Source: a virus | Lineage: Duplodnaviria; Caudoviricetes | Length of the DNA: 64,000 bases | Direction: 5' to 3' (one strand) | Virus record (IMG/VR): IMGVR_UViG_3300045747_000167 | Location: 2,037 to 66,036 of that record | Notes under the pieces: generated by a model | Database searches by the model: none | What the model saw: the letters and a program-made list of their open reading frames with translations, nothing else | Told to the model about the DNA's origin: nothing | Made by a program: the position numbers and the translations under genes | Shown: positions 29,303 through 39,700 of the stretch, one piece after another | Layout of the letters: each line of letters begins with the position of its first letter | How positions within the stretch are numbered: the stretch's first letter is position 1

Positions 29303-30732
29303 CCATCCTCGGCATCTACGACACACTCCGTTCTCGCGGCGCGCTGCAGGACGTCGAGTCCGCTCAGCCCACCAGCGGCCAGGTCTCCAACGACCCCTCC
29401 GCGTTCGGGCCCGGCCTCGACGGTGTGGCGCCGCCGGACCCCGGTTCGCGCCAGACCACGCAGTTCCTGGGCAAGAACTACGACTCCGGCCTGAGCGACA
29501 CGCAGGTCGACCAGGCCCGTTCGAAGGCGCGCGTGTCGACCATGCGCCAGTACAGCCTGAACGACGAGGCCAATGCGCAGGAGAAGGCAGATGCCGACGT
29601 CGGCCTGCAGCAGGCGCACTCGAAGTACTTCAATGCCGAGGGCGCCGCGAAGGAGCTGGCGACCAAGACCGCCGCGGCCGATCGCGCTCGCATCGAGACG
29701 GCCCGCAGGATCAATGAGGCTGCCGGCGCCAGGATTGCCGACCTGAAGGACGAGGCCGGCAACTCGCGTCCGGCCACGCACGATGAGCTGATCGGCGTCG
29801 CCAAGGATCGCCTGACGCACCTCACGTCGATGGGCCTGACCGAGGACGCCGACAAGGCGCAGACTGAGTTTGCGTCCCTGGTCGGGCAGAAGGTGACCAT
29901 GGAGACGGCCGAGCGCAACCGCGCCGCCGCGCCGGCCCTGGCCGCTCTGCAGCTGGGTGAGTTCCAGCCGGCCCTGGACTGGGCCAAGAAGTTCGTTCCT
30001 GGCGGCGCGCCGATCACCAACATCCAGGCTGGCAGCAAGCCCGGCACGGTGAAGGTGACCGTTGGCGCCGGCGGCAAGACGCATACCCAGGAAATGACGA
30101 CCGCCAACGTCGCCGCGGAGATCCAGAAGTTCGTGACCATGGCGGCCTCTTCGGACCCGAAGGCGGCCACCGAGTTCCTGACCGGAGAAGCGCTGAAGCA
30201 TGCGCAGACCGAGGCCCAACTTGCGTCCGCCGCCCACTCGCGCGCCGGCGCTGCCAAGGAGGGTGCGCAGACTGCCGACATCAAGGAGTCGACCTCCAAG
30301 AAGAAGCAGATCGACGATGCACTGACCGCTGCGTCTCCCGCCTACGACAAGCCGGAAGCGGAGCGCACTGCCGCAGACAAGCTGGCCATCACCAAGTACG
30401 AGCGTCTGCAGTCCCTGGAGAAGCTGCGCGGTGGTGGCGGTGGGGCCGCCAAGAGCCCTGCGCGCGCCCCGTTCAACGCCAAGATCCGCGGACGCGACGT
30501 CACGGTGCGAACCGACGAGAGCGGCAACATGTTCTACCTGGACACGGCAACCGACGCCAAGGGCAATCCGATCCCGGGCGGCGCCCCGGTTGAGCGGCCA
30601 ATCAGCAAAGCCGATCTGGCCGCCGGCAACCCGGCACCAGTGGCGCGCCCTCAGAACAAGGGCGACTACGACAAGCTGCCCTCAGGCACCCAGTACATCG
30701 CACCCAACGGCCAGACCCTGGTCAAGAAGTAG
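29299..30732 (+). CDS. putative DNA ejection protein
   Basis: Ala-rich helical; C-terminal DYDKLPSGTQYIAPNG; between ejection genes. Confidence 0.65.
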   Translation: MTILGIYDTLRSRGALQDVESAQPTSGQVSNDPSAFGPGLDGVAPPDPGSRQTTQFLGKNYDSGLSDTQVDQARSKARVSTMRQYSLNDEANAQEKADADVGLQQAHSKYFNAEGAAKELATKTAAADRARIETARRINEAAGARIADLKDEAGNSRPATHDELIGVAKDRLTHLTSMGLTEDADKAQTEFASLVGQKVTMETAERNRAAAPALAALQLGEFQPALDWAKKFVPGGAPITNIQAGSKPGTVKVTVGAGGKTHTQEMTTANVAAEIQKFVTMAASSDPKAATEFLTGEALKHAQTEAQLASAAHSRAGAAKEGAQTADIKESTSKKKQIDDALTAASPAYDKPEAERTAADKLAITKYERLQSLEKLRGGGGGAAKSPARAPFNAKIRGRDVTVRTDESGNMFYLDTATDAKGNPIPGGAPVERPISKADLAAGNPAPVARPQNKGDYDKLPSGTQYIAPNGQTLVKK

Positions 30733-30741
30733 GAGCCCGCC

Positions 30742-33700
30742 TTGGCTGAAGAGAACTGGTGGTCGAAGGACTCCCCGGCGCCGGCTCCTGCCGCCCGGCC
30801 AGCGCCGGATGACCAATGGTGGTCCCAGGATAGCCCGGCTGGCCCTACGCCGGCCGGTCAGCAAGCACAGGTCCGTGCCCAGACTGACGCCGACTTCTCG
30901 GGCCCCGAGCCAGGCATGGCCAGCCAGGCTGCCAAGGGCACGTTCGACTCTGTCGGTATGGGCGAGGGCGGCACCATCCGCACGGCCGGCGACATCGCTG
31001 GCGCCACGCCGGAAGGCTTCCTGGCCACCATGGGAAACCTCGGCGGCAAGCTGGTCAAGGGCATCTCCGACGCTGCTGCCAAGGTGCCTGCGGTCAACAT
31101 TGGCTTGCTGGGAGCGAAGGTTGGTGGCCTGGTCAGCAACAGTGTCGCGCACAAGTTCGCCGATGAGACGACGGCGGCGGCGGGATACGCCACCCAGGAG
31201 GGCCGCGATCGGGTCGCTACCGCGCTGGCTGACCCGACTGCCCATCCGATCGAAGCCGCGCGCTACGGCGCATCGCAGGCCGTCAGCGACTACGGCAAGA
31301 AGCAGCAGGAGTTCTACGCCGGCGAGCTGCACAAGGACGCTCCTGCGATGGAGCGCCAGAACAAGGAAGTCCAGGACGCCGAAGGCTTCTGGAACACGGT
31401 CGCCACCTCGCTCGCCAACCCGCTGTCGCTCACCAGCACCGTGGCCCAGTCGTTCCCCGACATGGCCGCTGGCATGGGCATCAGCCGGGCTGCCATGCTC
31501 GGCAAGCAGATCCTATCAACCCCGGTTGGTAAACAGGCGCTGGCCGCCGGCGAAGAGGCATTCCAGAAGACGATCCTCGATGCTGCCGGGAACCCCGCCA
31601 CCTTCGCGGACGCCAGCAAGTTGGCAGCCGCCGCGCGCCAGCAGGCCATCAAGGACACGCTCAAGGCCAACCAGGGTGCGCTCGAGGGCATCGCTGGCGG
31701 CGCCGGCCTGATCGCAGAGTCGGTGCAGTCTGGCGGCAACACGCGCCAGGCTGTGCAGGACTTCGTCAGCCAGCGGCCCGACATGGAGCTGCAGCGGGAC
31801 AACGCGACATACCGCGACCTGCGCATCCACCACAGCGAGGAAGAGGCCAAGGCCATGCTGGGCGATCAGCTCGGCAACCAGGCCGCCGGCTCATCGGCCC
31901 TGTGGACTGGCGCCATGGGCAAGGTGTCCGGCGCTGCTGACGCCTGGGGCCACACGATCGGCGGCGGCAAGGTCACCGGCAAGCAGGCCCTGACCGGCAC
32001 CCTCAAGGAGGGCGGCCAGGAGATGCTGCAGAACCCTGGCGAGGACTTCGCCAAGTACGAGGCACAGGTCCAGGCCGACCCGACGCAGAAGTTCGACCTC
32101 GGCGGCTCGATGGCGCAGGGCCTGATGGGCGGCGTGGCGCAGGGCGGCGGCATGCACGGCACTGGCTACGTGGCCAGCCGCTCCCGCACCGACCCCACAG
32201 AGCCTGCCGTGCTGCTTGCCGGCCGCCCTGTCACGGGCTACACCGATGCGCAACTGAAGCAGTACTCCGAGTCCGGCGTGCTCACCGCGCCGGTGAAGGA
32301 GAAGGTCGACGCTGAGATCGCGCGCCGCGCGCAGCCAGGGGCTGCCCCGGCGCAAGGAGACGCACTTGACACCGCGGTCGACAAGTACGCAGCCGGGCTT
32401 CCCGGAGAGGGTAAGCCGGGCCCTGCAGATGCAGGGGGTGCCGGAGCTGGAGTCGCAGGCGCTGGCCAGGCTGGTGGCCTCGACCCCGCCCGGGTCGCCC
32501 GTGACCGTGCCACCCTACCTGCACAGGGCGATGGACTGCCTGGGCAGGCTGGTGCGCCTGCAGTAGGCAGCATCATCCCGAAGCCTGCAACCACGCAAGG
32601 AACACTCGATGCCATCGAAGAGCAAGCGGCTGAAGCGCGCCGCCAAGCAGCGGCTGATGTTGAGTCTCGCCAGGAAACAGATCGCAAGGCAGCGCTGCGT
32701 GGAGGCGACCCAGCCCAGCCCAACCCTCTCGACAACCTCGCCAACGCTGATGCCGCCCAACGATCTGCCGGTGTGCGACTGGTCGTGGCAGACCATGGCG
32801 GCAGCGCCACTTCGGGAGTGTCCCACCTGGAGTCTGCGAGAACGCGAAACGACGCCAGCCTGGTCAGTGGCCGCGCCTCTCTAGCCAAGCTGGGCGGCAG
32901 CGTCCCAGACCTGCAGCCGATCCAGGACCGTGGCCTGTTCCGCCGGGCCAGCGCAGTGGCAGACGCGATCGAGTCCGTGACGGGGTCAAGGCCGGTGCTG
33001 TACCACGACACGCGCTCCGGTGCAGCCGACGGCTTCGAGCACAACGGCGTGGCCTACGTGAACGCCGGCAACCTGGAGCAGAGCCTCCAGCACACGGTCT
33101 TCCACGAGACCTTCCACGTCGCCGAGCGCCGCGCGCGGCAGGGCGATGCGTCGGCCCAGCAGTTCGTCAAGACCGCCGAGTCGATCTTCGACATGATCTC
33201 GCAGGAGGGCCGGAAGGCCTACGCGGAGAAGTACCTCTTCAAGCACCAGCTCGAGAACGGCGCCATGACCGCCGAAGAAGCGCTGGCTCACCCGAAGCTG
33301 AAGAGCGAGATGATCGCCGACTTCTTCGGCCAACGTGGCAACGACGCCAAGTTCATCCGCCACCTGGCGCAGCGCTCGCCGGAGCACTTCGGTGGCTTCG
33401 CCCGCCGGTGGATCGACTCGCTGACCAACATGATCCAGCAGCTGCGTGGCTCGCGCGGCAGCTACGGTGCGAAGGACATCGACCAGTACATCCAGAAGCT
33501 GAGCCACGCCAAGGCGGTGGCTGCCAGTGCGCTGATCCAATGGCGGCGCGACAACCCGCGCTTCGCCTCCAACCTGCCGGCCCCGGGCGAGACGCATCGC
33601 CCCGCCAACGCGCGCCAGGCCCGCCTGGACGACCTGCTGTCGGACGACACGCACGCCGCGGTGACGGGCTACAAGCAGAGCGCCAAGCAGACCTACGACG

Positions 33701-36700
33701 TCCTCGAGCCCGGCGCCCGCACGCGCGCCGAGGCGCAGCTCGCCCCGCAGCTCAAGCTGGCCGAGGAGGCAAAGCCCGAGTTCGACCGCCGCCTGATCAA
33801 CATCGCGAACCAGCTGGGCGGCGAGGCGCAGACCCCGCCGGTGAAGGGCATGCAGCGCGCCGCGGTGCGCCTGGTCGTGGACCACAAGGGCGACAATCTG
33901 AAAACTACCGACCTGCTGCGCGGATCGGTGGTGGTGCCGTCCCTGAGCGACATCCCGGCTGCCATGCGCGCGGTCGGCGCCAACTTCCCCGTGGTCCGCA
34001 CGAAGGACCGCTTCACGACGCCCACGAACGACGGCTACCGCGACGTGCTGATGAACGTCCGCATGCCCAATGGCCTGGTCGCCGAGGTGCAGATCCACAC
34101 GCCCGAGACTGCGGCCGCGCGCCAGGCCGGGCACGGTATCTACGAGGATGCCCGCGCGCACCGCGCCGCCGGCAACGAGGCGGCTGCCGCGCCGCTGGAC
34201 GACCTGACCCGGCAACTGCATGGGCAGGCCTACCAGAAGGCGCTGGGTGGCGCCGCGCCGGCGTTCAGCACGAAGCAGTACCCAATGGCCCCGGCTGGAA
34301 CACGGTACGAAGAGCACGCCAAGGCGCCGACCATGATGAGCCCTGACGAGTTCTTGAGTCAGGTGCGGCCGCTTGACATTGACGAGGCGTCTCGAGACAA
34401 CATCGATGACCTCAAGCGGCACATCGAGAGTGGAGGGAAGCTGGATCCGCTGCACATCCGCAAGGATGGCAAGGAGGACGGCCGGCACCGTGCTGTGGCC
34501 TCGCGTGAGCTTGGCATCAAGCTGGTGCCTGTGATTGATGAGCGCGAAGCTACCAGCTTCAGCGACAAGCAGGATCCCGGCACCGAAGACGGCGCACCAC
34601 AGCCCGCCTGGGAGGCGCCGAAGCACAGCCGTGCCGGCGAGGTGACCGACAACGCCCGCTACCAGAGCGGCGCGCGCAAGGGGCAGTACATCGGTGCGCC
34701 GGCCAAGTACAACACGCCGGCCAAGATCCCGACGCTGCGCCGCGCCTTCCTGAACCTGGCGCGCGAGGGCGAGGCCGGGCGCTTCTGGTACGAGAACAGC
34801 GGTCACGCGGTCCTGCAGATGACCTTCAACGACCGGGCCGAGGCGCGCCGGTTCATCGCCCTGCTGGCCATCTACTCGCCCCAAGCGAAGGTCGATGCCA
34901 ACACCACGATGGCACTGCGCGCGTGGGCCCAGTACAAGGCTGGCGTTCCAATCGACACGAAGACTGCTGACCTCGACGCCAAGGCCGACGCGATCCTCTA
35001 CAAGGGTCAGCAGTGGGAGGGCGAGAAGACCAACAACTTCTTCCGCAACCTGTTGCGCCAGGTCGACGAGCAGTCTGGCTCGAAGGACCAGCAGGGCGTC
35101 ACGGTCGACATGTGGATGATGCGCGCCGCCGGCTACGACAAGGATTCCCCTACCGACGCCAACTACCTCTTCGTCGAGAACGAAACCAATCGGCTGGCCA
35201 AGGAGCTTGGCTGGGAGCCGCAGCAGGTCCAGGCCGCGATCTGGGTGGCGATGAAGGCGCGCCTGGAGAACGCTGAAGTCAAGGCCGCCACAGAGAAGGA
35301 GTCGACTCGCAAGGGCTACATGCACTACGAGGACAAGGTCGACCCCGAGACCGGCAAGACCAAACAGGTGCGCGTGGTCGACGATGAGGTCAAGCATCGC
35401 CGCGTCTGGCTCAAGCATGCGATGGCGCTTGCCGTCAGCGAGGGCGACACGCAGCGCGCCAAGTTCGACTTCAGCGACGGCCTGCGCCGGCACCTGGGCC
35501 AGATCAGCTGGGAGGCGAAGCCTGGCCGCCCGACTGGCATCCTGCCCGGCATCCACACTGCCAGCTACCAGCAGCAGGCCGAGTTCCAGAAAGCGGCTGC
35601 AGAGGCCATGACGGGGCCGCATGGGGAGGATCTGCTGGCTCAGAAGCTGGGCTTGCTCCGCGACGGCCAGGTGGCTGCTCCGGGCGTGTGGCAGTCCGAC
35701 GTCGGCGCCGGCATGCAGTACATGGTCCCGATGATCCCGTTGAAGGGCGCCAAGCAGGGCCAGTTCGGCGTCGCGCCGGAAGTGGCCAAGAACCTGAACG
35801 TCTACGCCGCAACGCTTGGCCTGCTGTTCCGCCAGGATGGCGTTGGCTGGCACCGCCCGTTCTTCACCGCCACCGGCCCGAAGGCCAACGCAGTCGACGT
35901 CAGGATCGGCCGCCCGCTGACGCCCGAGGAGGCAAGCTCTCTCTGGACCGAGGTCGACAAGGAGCTGCGCGCCGCCGGCCTGCCGGACTGGGAAAAGAAT
36001 GCCGCTCTGGTGTCAAGCCCCCAAGGCATGCGCCTGATCCAGTTCGGAATCATGGACAATGTCGCCTTCTACAAGGCGATGACGAAGGCGGTCGACCGGG
36101 CGTTCCCGGGAGACATCGACGTCAAGCTGGGCAAGTTTGCCAGCGTTGGCGACATGCCTACGAACGACTGGAAGGTTCACCAAAATGGCGAAGATTACGC
36201 ATCTCGGATTGCTGAAGCCGGGCGATCCGATGTTCTCGGGTTCGCCCGAGATGTTCTCGCGCCGCGCGTTCAAGCCCTCTTCGAAGACTTCAGCCAGCGA
36301 TACGGCTGGGGCGACCCCGGCCAGCTCAGCTTCTCCGGCAAGCAGCGAGACGCCGGAGACGGAAGCGGACGGGATCAGGGCGGAAGCCTTGCGCCGCTCC
36401 CAGGTGCGCCAGCTGTTCAAGGCGCCGCCGGACCAGACCCCCGACTCACAGGGGTAGCGCACGCCTACGCGGCTGAGCGCGGCATCCAGCTGCGCCGCCA
36501 GGCCGAGTACGTCCAGGTCGACCCAGAGCGCGCCGCGCGCATCGCGGCCGCCTACGACGCGATGCCGCACGCGCCGAACGACCCGCGCGTCAAGGCAGCC
36601 TACGCCGACCTGATCCAGCAGACCACGGACCAGTTCCACGCCCTGGAGAAGGCCGGCTACAAGTTCACCTTCTTCGACGGCGCGACAGACCCCTACAAGG

Positions 36701-39700
36701 GCAACCCCTGGAACGCGATGCGAGACCTGCGCGCCAACAAGCGCATGGCGGTCTACGGCACCTATGACGGCTACGGCACCGAGGGCGTCACCAAGGGGAT
36801 GATCGAGGACAACCCCATGCTGGCCGACACCGGCATGCGCTGGCCCGACCAGAAGGGTGTGATGCATCCGGTCCTGGCCAACGACCTGTTCCGCGCCGTG
36901 CATGACGCCTTCGGCCACGGTCTGGAGGGCGCCGGCTTCCGCGCGCAGGGTGAGGAGAACGCCTGGCAGGCGCACGCTCGCATGTTCACTGGCGACGCCG
37001 TCGGCGCGATCACCAGCGAGACCCGCGGTCAGAACAGCTGGCTGAACTACGGCCCCTATGGCGAGAAGAACCGCACCGCCAAGGTCAAGGACACCGTCTT
37101 CGCCGACCAGAAGACCGGGCTGATGCCGGAGTGGACCTGGACCGAGGGGAGCGTCGGCGACGAGGGCGGAATCAACGAGTCCCGCAAGCAGCCACCGGTT
37201 CCCAACGGCCACCTCCAGACCGATCTGCCCGAGGAGGGCAAGATCCAGGCTGGCCGCCGCGTCGTGCAGGACCAGCATCTCCGCATGCGCCAGCTGCGCG
37301 AGTGGGCGACCGAGAACGGCGCCCGCCTGACGCCAGCCTCCGACGCCTACGCCACCGAGGAGCGCATGCACGGCCGCATGGCCAGCAAGATCGAGGACTT
37401 CCGCGAGAAGACCATCAAGCCGCTGGTCGAGAAGACGCAGGCCGCCGGCTTCACCATGGACCAGGTGGCCGAGGTTCTGCACGCCGAGCACGCCCGCGAG
37501 CGCAACGAGCAGGTCGCCAAGATTAACCCGAAGATGCCAGACGCCGGCAGCGGCATGGCCACCGCCGACGCACGCGCCATCCTGGCCCGCACCACGCCCG
37601 AGCTGCGGCAGCTGGCACGCCAGTGGCAGGCCATCACGATCGCCTCGCGCGACGTGCTGCTGAAGGCAGGGATCATCAGCCAGGACATGGCCGACCGCTG
37701 GGACGCGACCTACAAGCACTACGTGCCCCTGAAGGGCGGCGACGAAGAGAGCGCGGCGCGCACCGGCACCGGGCAGGGCCTGAGCGTGAACGGCAAGCAG
37801 AAGCGCGCCATGGGCCACAACGCCCGCGAAGAGCACATCGTCGAGAACATCCTGCAGGACTACGAGCGCTCGGTCATGCTGGCCGAGAAGAACCGCGTCG
37901 GGCAGTCGATGATGCTGTGGCTGACCGAGATGAACGACCCGCGGGTGGGCACCGTCTCGCAGCCGGTCAAGCGTGCCACCCTGATGCCGACCGCGAGCTA
38001 CGACGTGCGCGGCGTGGGCCTGAGTGTGGCCACCTTCGACACCCGAGCCGAGGCCGACAAGTTCATCCGACAGCAGATCGCCGCCAACTCGCCGGGCGCC
38101 AAGCGCCTGAACGTCGTCAAGACGCTGGGCGACCCGACGGTGCAGTACCGCTCGCGCCCGCAGCTCGAAGAGAACGAGGCGATGGTCTACGTCAAGGGGC
38201 ACGCCATCCGCATGCAGCTCGTCGACCCGCTGCTGGCCCAGAGCTACAAGAAGCTGAACGCCGACGGCATGAACCGTCTGATCGCCATCAGCAGGGCATT
38301 CCAGACCTACCTGTCGCGCGCCTACACCGGCTACAACCCGGCCTTCATCGTGCGCAACATGATCCGCGACTTCGGCAGCGGCACGATCAAGCTGACCGGA
38401 AACTTCGGCGCCGGCACGACGGCCAAGATCATCGGGAAGTACCCAGGCGCCCTGGCCAGCATGCTTCGCTACAGCATGACCGGCAAGAGCACGCCGGCGA
38501 TCGACGGCTACCGGGCCAACGGCGGCAGCACGGGCGCCGCCTGGCTGAGCGACATGGAGCGGATCGGGCTGAACATCCAGCACGACTTCGAGCGCTACCA
38601 GGGCGTGATGGCCCAGGTGAAGCAGGGCAAGCCCGGCGCGGCCGCGCGCGTCGCCGCTCGCAAGGTGGTCGGCAGCCTGGTGGGCTGGATCGAGCACCTG
38701 AACGCCGCGACCGAAAACGCCATGCGGTTGGCCACCTACCAGGAGATCCTGAAGGAGACCGGCTCGCCCGAGCAGGCCGCCAGCGCTGCCAAGAACAGCA
38801 CCGTCAACTTCAACCGCAAGGGCGAGAAGACCTCGACGCTGGCTGCCCTGTACCTGTTCTTCAACCCGAGCGTGCAGGACACCGCCAGCGTGGTCGAGAC
38901 GATGACCCGCGGCGCGCACAAGGAGCAGGCGTGGGCCCTGTGCGCCGCCATGACAACCCTGGCCTTCACCGCGGCCGCGCTGCAGTTCGGCGGCGACGAT
39001 GACGCCTACGAGGAGTGGAAGAAGCTCAGCGACTACACCCGCGACAAGAACCTGGTGATCCGGATCGGCAAGGGCAAGTACGTCACCATCCCAGTGCCGT
39101 TCGGGTTCGGCTTCTTCCACACGCTGGGCAACAGCCTCTTCATGATGAGCAAGGGCGAGAGCGCCAACTCGCTGTCGGTCGGCGTGGCCGCCAACATCCT
39201 GGACCACTTCAGCCCGGTCGGCAACCCGATCAACGGCGCCAAAACATGGGGCACGATCAACGGCAAAGGCCTGGTGGAACTCACCCCCGGGCTGGTCGGC
39301 GGCGACCTGTTCCGCGACCTGTTCCGCTGGGCCATCGCCAACCGCACCTCGCTGGGCGGCGACATCGTTCCGGACTCGAAGTTCGACGAGGGCCGCCCCA
39401 ACTTCCTGCGCGAGAACCGCAGCACGAAGGGCACCGCCTTCGACGCCGTGTCGCGCGGCCTGAGCGACGCCACCGGTGGCACGCCGACGCAGGGCGGCAA
39501 GGTCGACATCAGCCCCGAGACGCTGAAGTTCTGGTTCGGCGCGATCTCTGGCGGCACGGGCACGTTCATCTCCGACGCCTTCGCCCTGGCCGGACTGGGT
39601 GTGCGCGCAGCGGTGGCGCCGGCCGGCGAGGACATCTCGTCGCTCAAGCCCGAGATGCACGAGATACCCATCGCGAAGGACTACGTCCGCGAGTCAGGCG

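Noticed and set aside
32986-39660. Very long minus-strand ORFs (955 aa and 1215 aa)
   Set aside because: Antisense shadows of the high-GC3 giant gene, with no motifs or RBS
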